Origin: Octopus sinensis
Lineage: Eukaryota
NCBI RefSeq assembly: GCF_006345805.1
Contig: NC_043004.1
Location: 74,338,001 to 74,402,000, forward strand
Length of the DNA: 64,000 nucleotides
Direction: 5' to 3'
The notes under the pieces are model-generated. The model saw only the letters and a program-made list of their open reading frames with translations, was not told the origin of the DNA and ran no database searches. This document shows, one piece after another, positions 48,530 through 61,324 of this stretch (the first letter of the stretch is position 1; each line of letters opens with the position of its first letter). Position numbers and translations under genes: made by a program.

Positions 48530-49865
48530 TCGATTGCTTCGAAAAAGTATGGCGAATTGGAGGACGGACTTGACAGCATCTGGAAGAACCTAAGGGACAA
48601 TAGAAATCAGGAGAAGCATCTTTCTAAAGGGTCTGCCTGTCCCCACTGGTCTTTGTACTCTGCATGATAACACTAACACTGATTCTGAGGAAAGCAATGT
48701 CTGGATATGTATTCAAAAGCCGTCAACAAAAAAGTCAACCACTTAATATTCACGAATAACCTCAAACTTTATGGTAAAGATGAAGCCCAAGTCAGTTCCC
48801 TCGTTGATACGGTGTATACTTTCAGTGCTGATATTAGAATGGAGTTCGGACTTAAAACGTGTGGTGAGTTAGTCTTGAAGAGAGGCAAAATCAAATTTAT
48901 AGATGGGATGGCGATACCGTCGGCGGAGGTTATGGAGCAGATAGAAAAGACGGGCTATAAGTACTTGGAGATACAGAAGATGAATAAATTGATGGAGAAA
49001 GAAATGACAGAAATTTTTAGGTGGAGTACTTGCACAGACTGAGACTGATACTTAAGTCGAAATTAAACGGATGGAATAAGATTGAAGCTATCAACAGCTG
49101 GGCGATTTCAATAATTAGATATAGACCAGGGATAAACACATGGACGGTAGACGAGCTAAACAGCTTAGGCAGAAAGACAAGAAAGTTGCTGACTAGATAT
49201 GGGATTCTCAACCCCAAAAGTGACAAAACAGACTGAATATACCAAGAAAAAGAGGCAGAGGGGGGGGGCTGATTGAACGCGTACTCAGTATTAGAGCAGA
49301 AGAAAACAACGTAGCATGGTATGCAAAAAGATGCCACAGAACCACTATTGTTGGAAGTGAGAAGGTCAGGCTTGTGTAGGACGGAAGGTTGCAAAGATAA
49401 AGCACTGTACAAGCAATTGAACACGAATGAAACTGAAAATAGGTGGATAAACAAAAGAATTCATGAACAATTTCATTGGAATGCTGAAGACAAGGCAGAT
49501 GGAGAACAAAGATGGTTATGAATGACTAAAAGTGATTTAAAACCGGAAACGGAGGATCTAATCTGTGCTGCCTAAGAGCAAGCATTAAGAACCAATTAAA
49601 TTAAATACAGAAAAAACAACAGAAAGTGATAAGTGCAGAACTTGTGGACAAAATAGTGAAACAGTATGGCATATTACCAGTCAATGTACGCCACTAGCCC
49701 AGTAGACAACGTGGCAATATAGCAAGGAATGTCTTTTGGACACTTCGCTACATGTATGGACTTGACACAGCCAAAAGGTGGTAGGAACATAAACCCGAAG
49801 GCATCCTCGAAAATGATAATGCAAAGATCCTATGAGACTTTATGATTCAGTGCGACCATGAGATA
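48530..49865 (+). mobile_element. R4/Dong RT and C-terminal remnant
   Basis: IEIRRSIF, KVNHLIFTNNLKLYGK, MEFGLKTC, YKYLE, LKSKLNGWNKIEAINSWA, KPETEDLICAA, EHKPEGILENDNAKIL. Confidence 0.9.
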
Positions 49866-50397
49866 GGGAATATGACACCAGATAAAGTGTTGAGAAAATA
49901 ACCGTGAATCTGACCCATTTCACGGTCAGCTTCAGCTGGATTCCAGCATTTCTCTACTGTATACATGGGATATGGTAGTGTTTTGAAAATGTGTTTCATC
50001 TGATGATTATTATTTTTTGAATTGACGTAATGTTATATATACATATATAACTTACTTGGAAATGGATGCATGGAGTTCAATTAAATAATAAATAGTAAAC
50101 TAACTATGACATATATGGTACAAGCAACATGGAATACGTAAAGAAACGGGTTTAATACATAAACGAGATAAAATTGAGGAACTGGATAAGTAAACTCAGA
50201 CAATTCTGGAAATGACGAGTAGATAGGCAGCCGACAACTGATGAAGGTCCTTTCTCGGTGTTTACTTGTTCTGTTCTCCATTTTTCTCGTCTTTGTATTT
50301 AACGCGTTTGTTTACGTATTTCATGTTGTTTGAACCGTTGGTGATGTCCTGTACCCGTATATATATATATATATAATGCGTGTATATATACATAATT

Positions 50398-50757
50398 TAG
50401 AGAAAAACCACTATTAAACAATTCAATAAAGAAAGATGTTATTCACACCATATCGAAAACATATACTATAAAAAAAACTTATTTTAAATTAATAAAGTAC
50501 AATAAGTAGTAAACAGTAGTAAAAAGACTACGCACGTTTTATGGCTTTATTTTCAAATACATAATAATAATAATAATATCAATTCGATTCAAAATTAAAT
50601 CGTACTAAAATTAATTCTATTTAAAAATATAGTCACTCATCAGGTCTAAGATAATAAATAATAAAAAATAAACAATAATAATAGTAGAATAAATGTATTT
50701 ATCTTAACTTATACTAATTATCAAAGAAATATATAAAAAATTCGTGGTTTTTCTCTA
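50398..50757 (-). mobile_element. Small HHR-carrying pLTR-derived element with 14-bp inverted ends
   Basis: TAGAGAAAAACCAC (50398-50411) / GTGGTTTTTCTCTA (50744-50757); related end at 54814. Confidence 0.6.
50525..50647 (-). ncRNA. Hammerhead motif with G12>A core change, long stem II
   Basis: AGAC-CTGATGA-GTGACTATATTTTTAAATA...TATTTGAAAATAAAGCCAT-AAAA-CGTGCG-TA-GTCT; 17 of 19 stem II positions pair. Confidence 0.72.
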
Positions 50758-50849
50758 ATTATATACATATAATATATATTGTGAAATTTGATTTATAATT
50801 GTTAAATTGAATTTTTCCCTGTAAGTTTTGGAATATATTCCCTACTATG

Positions 50850-50938
<89 letters not shown>

Positions 50939-51329
50939 TATATATAATTGAGGTTGAGTTGAATTAGGTACTTAAGGTGAGGCACCAAATCTGCCCAGTA
51001 TTGTCTGCACAGTTCGAAGTTAGATGTATAAAAAACTAATAAGTAATAACGATGTGCAGGTATTAGTGCATTACGGCCGCTTCAAGCAGCTCCATTTACT
51101 CGATCAATGCAAACATTACATGAGTTTGAAATAAACTGCACTCCTCGGATGCGTATGACCATATTGACTTCCCTACATACAGGATACTACATTAAATTTT
51201 TTAGAAAATTTTTTATCAGTACTAGAGACTAAAATACATTGCTCCTTTTTGCTATTTCTGTAGTAGAATAAATTTAGGGAAAGAATACCTAAAGCCTACT
51301 ATAATTTAGAGCGACAGAAGAATAGTTAA

Positions 51330-54300
51330 GTTAATTTTTTGGCTCAAAAAGCAAAAAGCAAGGCCATGTAGGGGGACGTGGAGTTATTTACAGGGGTGTT
51401 CATGCAAAGAGTTCAGGCCATTTCTGGCCAAGAGAGACTTTGAAACGAGCGGTCGTCGGCATCTTCACTATCTCGTCCGGCAGGTTATTCCACGGATCCG
51501 TAACTCGGACGGGGAAAGCCCCTCTCCTTCGATTGAGATGAAATCGTCGCAGATAGAGCTTTTCGGAGTGACCCCGTAGTCTACGCTCTGGAGCAGGAGT
51601 GAAGAACAGCTCTTTCGAGAGGTTACACTTTCCGCTTATGATGTTGTGAACAAGAATGAGATCACCACGGCGTCGTCGTTTTTCTAGAGAATAATGTCGA
51701 GCGTCTTCAGCCTTTCTTCATAAGACAAATGCTTGAGACCAAGAACCATGCGGGTAGCCAGCTTCTGGACTCTTTCGAGATGATGTATGTCTTTGAGGAG
51801 ATAAGGAGATGAGGCTTCAACCCCGTACTCCAATATAGGTCTCACCAGCGTGACATAGAGCGGTAGGACTATGGCTACTGTGAGCATTCCGTATGACCGT
51901 CGAATCAAAAACAGAACTCCGCGTGCTTTGTTGGTAGCATGAACGCACTGGGCCGAAGGCGAAAAGGAAGAATTCACCAAGATACCCAGGTCCTTTACCT
52001 GGTCGGTCCTCTCCAGCAGCAGACGACCCTGCTCGAAATCAAGTTGAGTTGCAGGAGAAGAGCCAACAGGCAGATGACAGCACTTTGACACGTTCAGACA
52101 CAGGTCCCATTCGTTAGACCATCTCCAAACTTGGTGGAGGCATCGACGAAGATCATCTATATCACCACGAGGAGCGACCAGTTTGACATCATCGGCAAAC
52201 AGAAGGGTGTGTTGCGTGAGGTCGTCGGGCAAGTCATTTATGAAGAGTAAAAAAAATAAGGGCCCAAGCACTGAACCTTGAGGCACGCCACTGCTCGCAC
52301 TGGAGACGTCGGACAGCGAACCATTAACTTGGACTTGGAAGAAGCGATCTGAGAGGAAGGCACCAACCCATCGTACAATATCCGGATGGAAACTATATGC
52401 TTGAAGCTTGACAAGTAATAGGCGGTGGTTAACCGAGTCAAAAGCTTTGGCAAAGTCCAATAGAACGATGTCAACAACATCACCATCATCCAGAATACGC
52501 GTCACCAATTCTTCCATTACCAGTAAGTTGGTCAAGCATGATCTCTTCGGCACGAAGCTGTGTTGGGAATCAGAGATAGAGGCTGTGTTTTGGAGGTGGA
52601 GCAACATACTTTTCTTAAGGATGGTTTCGAACATCTTGCTGATTATTGAAGTAAGGGAAACCGGTCGGTAGTTAAGCGGGTCTTTGCGGCTCCCTTTCTT
52701 GAAAATTGGGCAGATTATCGCTGTTCTCCAGTCCGCAAGTATAACACCCGTCGCCAATGACATGTTGAATACAAGTGTTAAAGGTTCGCAGATGACCGGA
52801 GACAACGCTTTGATAACCTGTGGGTGTATGCCATCAGGGCCGTGACCCTAGTTGACATCGAGGCCTTGAATAACGCGCTCGACTTCGTCCCGAGTGATGA
52901 CCAATCTAGGCATTGGAGGTACCGATCTATCAAATGGAGGGGGTTCACGACCATCATCTTGTTTGAAAATTGTTGAAAAAGCCTTGGCAAATAACTGACT
53001 CTGCTGATAAGGGTCCTTAATCGATACGCCTGTTGAGTCTACCAACGTTGCAATTCGGTTGTTCAAGCGGGAATTCCGTTGGACATGGGCAAAGAAGGGT
53101 TTTGGATTGCGACTTGCGTTTGCCACGATTCTGTATTCATATCTGAAGCGTTCTTCCTTTTCAATTTTCAGGGCTCGGTCTTGTTGAGTTTTGTACAACT
53201 CAAAAGCTGCAGTCGAATCTAGATTTTTGAATTCAACCCAAGCAATATCTCTGAGTCTAAGTTCTCGTTTAACCTTCTTCGTCACCCAGGGCTTGTGTTT
53301 CTTCTTCTTGGGAAGCCCAACGGGAACTGCTTGGTCAGTCAACCAGATTACATATGCCTTGAGGGACGACCATAGTTCGTCAACTGAAGACATCGTCATC
53401 AGGGATCGCCAGTTCAGAAGCGCGGAAGTCTCGGTTAGAATTTCAAGATTAATTGCTGAGAAGACTCTACGTGGCAGCGAAGTAGTCGTGGGCGTAGAAA
53501 AAGTTGTGTGCATGTCGAACTTCAGGACCACGTGATCACTCTTGGCAAGAGGGGCGCACACAGATAAGCCTGACACTGATCTTGGATAGCGGGAGTATAC
53601 CAGATCCAGCATAGATGGCTGCTGCCCAGACCGATGCCTTGTCGGATATTCAACATGTTACGATAGAAAACAATCTTCAGCCACGTCAAGAAGGGCCCGG
53701 CCGAACCGGGAATATGATGTACAAATTGATGCGGGCCCGTCGATCGTGGGAGCGTTGAAGTCTCCTAATATCAAACAGTCATGAGAAGCTGAAACGAATC
53801 TTATCGCTTCGAGTAAATGAGCATCGTCCTGGGGGTCGGCAAGAGGCGGCCTGTAGACAGCTAACACGGGCAGGCAAAACCCGGATAGGCTCAGCTTGCA
53901 ATAGACGGCATCGAATTTTGTTGTAGGTTGAGCATTAGTGAGTAGAATACCGCTGGACGGTTTGAGATCAGATTTAACATACACAGCAACACCTCCACCT
54001 CGCCCTTTTTCTCTGTCACATCTGAAGAGGGCGTAGCCCTGTAGGTGGAATTCCGAGTCCTTTACTGCTGGAGTCAGCCAAGTCTCGGTGATAGCTATCA
54101 CATCTGGGGAATCATGCATGGCCAGTGTAAATAATTCGCTGAACTTAGGAAATAAGGAGCACGAGTTGGTATAGACGATGCTGAGCTGTGAAGTTTGAGG
54201 GGCGGGAATTAGGGAACAAGCAGAATAAGGGGTATCAGAGATAGCATCGTTGTCGGGGGTGTCTACTTTACTTCGATTCGCCCTCGATTCACTTTCCCTT

Positions 54301-54330
54301 TCAGCACTACAGCATGCGACCAGAGGTAGG
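51330..54330 (-). mobile_element. Near-complete CR1-group LINE ORF2 (APE + RT) with 3' UTR
   Basis: YTNSCS, DVIAITETWL, GGGVAVYV, ILGDFNAP, SDH, YRPVSLTS, DFAKAFD, GVPQGSVLGP, FADD. One frame from ~54190 to 51684 with two in-frame stops (53658, 52848) and a late frameshift; tail TTAACTTAACT. Confidence 0.95.
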
Positions 54331-54660
54331 ACTTATATATAATGGAAAATGTGCATCTAAACTTAGTAAAATTACCTATTAACAGAAATTTTGAAAAGGA
54401 TTTCAGGATTCAGTAAGAGAAGAAGGATAGATAAAACAATGGACGTCATAAGATGAGGAACTTTTATATAAAAAGAAACCCCATAATGCTTATTTCTAGC
54501 ATAATGTTAAGGCGGTCAGAGTAAAACTATTCAACAATGAATCTTTAATAAAATTCAGCTATCGTCCGGTATAAATATTCTATTGAATCAAAACCAAAGA
54601 TTAAGGTCTAAAAAGTAAGATAAATATTTCTATAATATGTACATTTATTTAAAAACCTTG

Positions 54661-54703
<43 letters not shown>

Positions 54704-54761
54704 CTAACATTTCCAAAAATTTGAAAAGAATATAAGATGGCATAAAAATACCATATATATA

Positions 54762-54811
<50 letters not shown>

Positions 54812-54988
54812 CATTAGAGATAAAACCACTATTATGCAACTCAAACAGTGATAGACATAAACCAAAACATGAATAACAAATAAAATATATTTTTATAAAA
54901 CATATAACTAGATCTCAAAATGTATAAAAATGAATGATCAATATATAAGTACTCCCTAATATTATTATTGGAATATATATATATATAT

Positions 54989-55057
<69 letters not shown>

Positions 55058-55141
55058 TAATAAAGTGGAATTGTAGGGTACCGCACGAGTGGAATTATAT
55101 ACGAAAGAAGGTTTGAAAAGGCAATTTTAAAAGATGTTTAT

Positions 55142-55186
55142 TTACTTTACCGGTTTCACTCTTTGGAAAAAGATTGTCAAAAGTAA
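55142..55186 (-). ncRNA. Decayed minimal hammerhead motif
   Basis: TTACTT-TTGACAA-TCTTT ttcc AAAGA GT-GAAA-CCGG-TA-AAGTAA followed by AATAAA; core CUGANGA is mutated. Confidence 0.5.
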
Positions 55187-55270
55187 CATGTAGAAGTTTG
55201 GTTGCGTTAATTATTGGTTGTTACAAAATGCTACATTACATATATACAGTCTTTAGTAACAAGGACATGT

Positions 55271-55640
55271 TAAGGATATAAAAAAGTTTAACAAGTTCCT
55301 TAAAATATTGGGCACAAAAGATTACAGCATAAATAATCATTCTCAAGAACATGTTAAAGATAGTTTCCAGAAGGAATTATTAAAAGTTCAGTAGGATATT
55401 GGTATTGTATCTGTACTTTCAAACACGCACAGAATATTGGTTGACACAGAGTACTACAATACATATATATACATTCTTTGGTGACAAGAGCATGTTAAGA
55501 ACATAAAAAAGTTTAACAAGTTCATTGAAATATTGGGCAGAAAAGATTACAACAAATATATTATACATTCTCAAGATAATTTCCAGAAGGAATTATTAAA
55601 AAGTTCAGTGGAATATTGGTATACACGCACAGAATATTAT
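55271..55640. repeat. Diverged direct duplication (~225-bp offset)
   Basis: AAAAAAGTTTAACAAGTTC...TTCCAGAAGGAATTATTAAAAGTTCAGT...ACACGCACAGAATATT occurs twice. Confidence 0.8.
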
Positions 55641-55784
55641 GACTTCAAAAAGGTTTACATTATAATAGTAGGGAAGCTAAAACTGACCTGTCCACCATTA
55701 TGTTAACATGATGGATATACTTGTATTTCCGTCAAGGCAAAAAGAATAACAACAGCACTCTCCTTTGCAACAAACAGCTAGCTT

Positions 55785-56207
55785 CAGGCCTGCACGTAGG
55801 TTCGATACGCGTTGCAAACATGTTTTAAACGAAATTTCAACTACTCTACAACAGCCAAGCAGGCGGCAGTGTGGAACTTGCAGGCGGCAGTGTGGTACTT
55901 GCAGGCGATGGTAGCAGACGTGGTGTTTTTATTGTGTTAAACAGGCGTTCAGAGTGGAAGTGTTGTTGTTTTCATTTGCAAAAATCTAAACCCATACAAA
56001 ATGGATAGGTTTCTTATTAAAAAGAAGTGTGATGTTGATGAATGTGAACCTAGAAGTGAGCAAAACTGAAGTGAAGCAAATAAGAAACTGAAACCGCAGC
56101 CTACTCGAAAGTACGATGTAAGTTATTTAAGCCTTGGTTTCACATGGACTGGAACCCAAGACCCTCTTTTGCCGCTATGTTTAGTATGTGGAAATAAAAT
56201 GTCAAAT
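55785..56207 (+). mobile_element. hAT Buster/Charlie 5' end with BED-finger start
   Basis: TIR-like CAGGCCTGCAC; MDRFLIKK...RKYDVSYLSLGFTWTG..PLCLVCGNKMSN from 56001. Confidence 0.8.
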
Positions 56208-56224
56208 GTCAAAATGTCTGCTAC

Positions 56225-57025
56225 TACGGTTCTTTTGCACTTATTCTTTACTCATTAATTTTCTAGTTTTCATCGCAATTGAATAGTTTTCTAATGAAAT
56301 ACAACAGGCAGTGCGTATCAACACACATACTGAGCACTTGTGAGTACATTCGAGATGATAAAGGAACACGTATAGGCACAGATACAAAAAGAGATGCTGA
56401 GTGAGAGAGAAGCAAATGTATTTTATAAGTAATTATTTTCATGTCTGCATAAACCTCATGTAGGGGCATGGCTTGGTGGTTGGTAGGTTCATCTGAGCGT
56501 CATAAGATCGTTCTTTCGATCCCTTGACATTTGATGTGTTGAATCCTTCATTACATAATTTCATCTTACGCAGGTGAAATGAGTGTGAGTATAGCCTGCT
56601 CTCATTCCCTGTCTAATACTTCGTCGCTGTTCCTCTGGATCTTGAGCGATAAGGTCAAGGGAGTGTCTACGTTTCTTTGTGAGTATAGAGATGCCAAAAA
56701 CTAGTAGCAAAATCCTTTTACATGTTACCATCTCACACTCTCCAACGCGTGAAATATACTCTCCCTCCTCATTAATTCTATAAGCAAATCAATTATGGAG
56801 TTTTAGTACAGCCAGGTTAATTATATTGCTAATTATATGCTAATTATATTTTAAATATGTTAATTATATTTCTGATTATATACTGAAGGACTATGCACAG
56901 TTCTGATTTAAAATTTAGGACCGGAATTTCAGGCTGCAATTATTCTACTCCGCTTTAAACAATTGAACATGAATACCACCAAGTGCAACAGAATGACTGA
57001 GATATTCAAAATTAGCATGTTGCTT
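56225..57025 (+). repeat. ~800-bp dispersed repeat, copy 2
   Basis: Collinear with 25870-26680. Confidence 0.85.
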
Positions 57026-57029
57026 ATTG

Positions 57030-57366
57030 TGTGGCATCCTGGGCAAGTGTCTTCTACTATAGCCTCGGGCCGACCAAAGCCTTGTCAACGGATTTGGTAG
57101 ATGACAGCTGAAAGAAGCCCATGGTATATGTATCTACGTATGTATGTATGTATGTATTATGTATGTATATGTTTGTATATGTGTTTATCCCCCACCATCA
57201 CTTGACAACCGATGCTAGTCTGTTTATGTGCCCCGTAACATAGCGAGTCAACAAAAATGACCGATAGATTAAGTACTAGGCTTACAAAGAATAAGCCTTG
57301 GGGTCGATTTGTTCGACTAAAGGCGGTGCTCCAGCATGACCGCAGTCATATGACTGAAACAAATAA
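57030..57366 (+). mobile_element. SINE family 3 (headless) with LINE-like tail
   Basis: GGGCAAGTGTCTTCTACTATAGCC...GGCGGTGCTCCAGCATGACCGCAGTCATATGACTGAAAC. Confidence 0.88.
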
Positions 57367-57405
57367 AATAATAAAAGACAACAACAACAACAAAAAAAAC
57401 AAAAA

Positions 57406-57436
<31 letters not shown>

Positions 57437-57461
57437 ATAATAATAATAATAATAATAATAA

Positions 57462-57950
57462 TGTACATTGTTTTGTCTTGGTATAAAAGATGGGCTACAG
57501 CAAATATTCTGCTCAATACCACAGATTTGCTTGTCAGTTGTTTGACCTTACCAGTTGAGCATGTCCCTTAGTGGCTGACGATATGTGCATCTCTGATCAC
57601 GAGCAGAAGTAGTGGGGGAGCATCATAGCCATGTGTTGAGAAGGATTCTTTGGGGTTTGAATAATTCACCTCTGGAAACATGGGTGTTTCGTTCAACGTC
57701 CTTAAACAACCCTTATTCAGGGACCTTTTGAGCGGGATGGGTTACTCGATCTGAAGAAAATTCTAACTGGGCTCCACCTGCAAGGTCATGTGCTGTTTAT
57801 CTTGGTATGAGATCACCATGTCGCGCACATATGGTTGTGATGCATGTGCCTGGTGTACCCTTATTAGGCGGGTAGTCATGATGGGTATACTGGGCTTCGT
57901 ATATTTTACCCCAGTGTCACTTTGATGGCATGCTCTGCTCGCTCACTCAA
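57462..57950 (+). mobile_element. Non-coding interspersed element bounded by (TAA)n on both sides
   Basis: GC-richer ~490-bp block between two TAA arrays; no ORF recognised. Confidence 0.5.
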
Positions 57951-58329
57951 TAATAATAATAATAATAATAATAATAGTAATAATCCTTTCTTCTATATGC
58001 ACAAGGCCTGAAATTTTGTTGAGAGTGGTTGGTGCTTGTCGGTTACATCGAACTTGTAATAATAGTAAAGAATAAGCGGAGCAGGACTCGGTTTGTAATA
58101 GAGTCTTTATTTAACGGTTTCAACAATATTTCATTAGATCGTCTTCATTCGTCAGGTTCAAAATGTAAAATGAAAGAAAATATAAGGCAGAAACACAGAA
58201 ATTGAATAAAATCCAGAAACACAGAAATTCGAAATATAAGCGAGGAGATCCTGCGTTCCTATTTTTATAAAATTACATCATGCATCATTTTATCGAAATA
58301 CAAGTGGTAAAGGGAAAAATAAGGGAAAC

Positions 58330-59150
58330 AACGCACTCACAGACAAAAATATCCACAGAATTTGGCTGTCCATAACAGTTCCTGCCAACTTGACCTCGCT
58401 CAATTTCCTAAAGGTGACCCTAAACCAGGAAACGGACAAGTTATACCCTTACAAGGAGGCCAAAAAAGAAACTGTGTACTTCCACATAAGTTTCTATCAC
58501 CACCCTGACTCCCACTGTAGCTAGAAGCCCAATCCAGTTTCAGGCGTTAGCAGAAGAATATTCAAGCTTTCTCCATATCCAAGACCCCTCCCCACTACAA
58601 TAATGCATTGGCGACGAGTGGGTTTACTGAGAAGCTACCATATGTGAAGGAAATTCGCACTTGAAGAGGAGCAAAAAGGGAAAGATAATCAACCCTCCAT
58701 GTAACTTAAAAGTTTTCACCAACTAGATGGGAATTTCCTGTCGTTGATTATGAAGTATTTCTTCGGGGGCTACAAGTACTATACGCTTTCCAACCCACAT
58801 AACATCAAGATGCGCTACTCCTACTTAGATAAAATCGCATCTAACATTATACGTGTAAAATAGATGCAAACATGCACCTGCACCGTCTCTAACCCGGACT
58901 CGTAACGGCTGAAATGCTACCAGCTGCCCTCTAGGACGATCTTACCTCTCAAGGGCTATAGTCTACAGATTTAACCCTACACATATTGTACCCGCAATTG
59001 CCAACTGTCTCCGTGGAATATTGCACATCGTCCACCAACCTACATTATCTATTAGCAAGAAATACGAACTATCTTATTACTACCTCCTGATCAACTTCAA
59101 ACCACTGGCTGCCCGTAGGCATCGTTGGATAGATTTCTTATCCAACGATG
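58330..59150 (+). mobile_element. Decayed PLE thumb-linker-GIY-YIG
   Basis: LNFLKVTLNQETDKLYPYK, HYNNALATSGFTEKL, NPPCNLKVFTN, NIKMRYSY, SCPLGRSYLSRAIVY. Confidence 0.8.
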
Positions 59151-59475
59151 CTTACGCAGACTGCAGACCAACCCCTCCAAACCGTTACAGCCCCTGTATA
59201 CCTATATTCACTTCCACAAACGAGGTGTGGCACGCAAACTCACCCACAAAGGGATAGATTTATCTACACAGACCTATACGCGCACACATAAACACACACA
59301 CATACACGCTTACATACATACACACACCTCTACGAATACTTCCCCTTTCTCATCCCCCCACATCCCCAAACCTCAAACCAACGCCTGTTACCCCATCCCG
59401 GCAATGCTGACGCAACTACGCTAATATACATCTATCCCACCCACACGCATTAATGCCAAAAACATGAATATATTC

Positions 59476-59541
<66 letters not shown>

Positions 59542-60179
59542 TTACGTATATACACACGAGTGACACAAGACAAAAACACACGCATTCGCGCAGATATTTT
59601 TCAGGCAAACGAGCAGGCACACGTACGTTTATAAACAAATGCAAGAATGTACATCCTTACACACACTTACCCTTACATGCATCCTTAACACGCTCGCGCA
59701 CGCGCATACAGAATGCACTAACACATGTATTCGTAGGCACACACGCACATACACACACACATACACACATACATACATATGTATATACACACATACTCAT
59801 ACAACCAATAACACACCTACATCCACGTACTCATACGCCTGGTACACAGAGAAATATTTTCTCCAGCCGGTCCTGGTTCTGTTTGCTTTCAAAGGTCCCA
59901 CAGAGGCCCAACAGACACCATGACACCGCCACCTTCCCGTCCAGCCAAGCTGTTCAAAAAATGTTCCTTTCTAATGTATCTAATGTATCTAATGTATCCT
60001 TTCTAATCTTACTTCCAACAATCTCATGTGATCTGCTCTAACAAATAGCAGTCATCTTCCAGTAGCCATCTTCCTATATTTCTTCATTCGGTAATCTGAG
60101 CCTGAAGGAGAACAGCATCAGTTAGAAGCCTGCGAAACTTTAAGTCACAAAGAGCGGAATAATAATAATGATCATATAT

Positions 60180-60890
60180 GGTGCGGCACCTTGGACAAAT
60201 GTTTTCTACTATAGCCTCGGGCTAACCAAAACCTCGTGTGTGGATTTGGTAGACGGAACTGAAAGAGGCCCGTCGTATGTATATATACAAAGTAGGTCAG
60301 ACAGGTACAATTTGGTCTGTGGTGTCTAAGTTTTTTTTCTTTTCAAGTGAAGCCATGGCGCTGTCAACGATAGATAATAGCGTGATTGCCTACGACAGTT
60401 ACGAGAAGTATAACGAGTCTGCCATAGCAGTTCAGCGGGACTTTTGGCGCCACTTCAACATTCACCGAAATCAGGCTGTTCCCAACTGTAACACTACTTT
60501 ACGTTGAGTGAATGCACTTCGTACACGAGGTACACTAATGAATAGGAAACCGGTGGGGGCGCCACTCGCGGTCAACTTCCAAGAACGCTATCAGAAATGC
60601 ACCAATGAAAACGGACACCACATGATGGATGTTGTTTTCCTCACTTGATTTTGACAAATGTTAATTCAAAACGAACGCACTAATGTCAATAAAATTTGTT
60701 TGCAGCTAATATTAATGATTTTGCGACTTTTTCATAAACGTCAGTCCTCTCTGCTCCACCCTGTGTGTGTGTATGTATGTATATATATATATATATATAT
60801 ACGTGTGAGTGTGTGTGTGCATTTGTGTATGTGTTTGTACCCCCAGTCAACGCTTGGAAAATAGTGTTGGTGTGTTTACGTCCCTGTAAC
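60180..60890 (+). mobile_element. SINE family 3 split by an insertion in its internal microsatellite
   Basis: 5' half 60180-60280 and 3' half 60770-60890 flank the 60287-60767 element. Confidence 0.75.
60287..60767 (+). mobile_element. Internally deleted Tc1/mariner-superfamily element (maT/rosa-like by inference)
   Basis: AYDSYEKYNESAIAVQRDFWRHFNIHRNQAVP..RGTLMNRKPVGAP joined directly to C-terminal NFQERYQKCTNENGHHMMDVVF*; right end ...CTCTGCTCCACCCTG. Confidence 0.75.
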
Positions 60891-60930
60891 TTAGATGTTT
60901 TGCAAACAACTTGGACATGCAAGTACTACG

Positions 60931-61295
60931 AGTCGAAAGCTCCGTATACCGGAAGCCAGCAAGCGTATCAGGAGAGAACGCGCACCGTTTCGGGGCCTAA
61001 CTCACAACGGCATCATTGCACACCGGCTCCCCTCACTGACATGAGGCCCCGCTTGCTAGATCAACTGGTTATCAAATAGCTCAATATTCTTCTAGCCATC
61101 GCTCATCGCCTCTTTTTAATCAAATCCAGTGGCTAGCCATTTCCACTGTAGTTTGGATATCGTTCATGGTGTTATTTACCTACGATGAGTTAGGCCTAAC
61201 GATAACAGCAGTCGCCTCACACTGTGTCTGACAAATCCTCTACATCTTGATAACTCCATACACTTGATTGTTTCCGGTATGCGGAGCTTTCGACT
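60931..61295. mobile_element. MITE-like element with ~27-bp TIRs
   Basis: AGTCGAAAGCTCCGTATACCGGAA / TTCCGGTATGCGGAGCTTTCGACT. Confidence 0.7.
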
Positions 61296-61324
61296 GATAG
61301 CACTTGCATACTTTTACTTACTTT

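Noticed and set aside
58105-58160. Minus-strand CTGACGA...GAAA motif next to the 58.3-kb PLE
   Set aside because: Two alternative registers exist, each needing several mismatches; too ambiguous to call a ribozyme.
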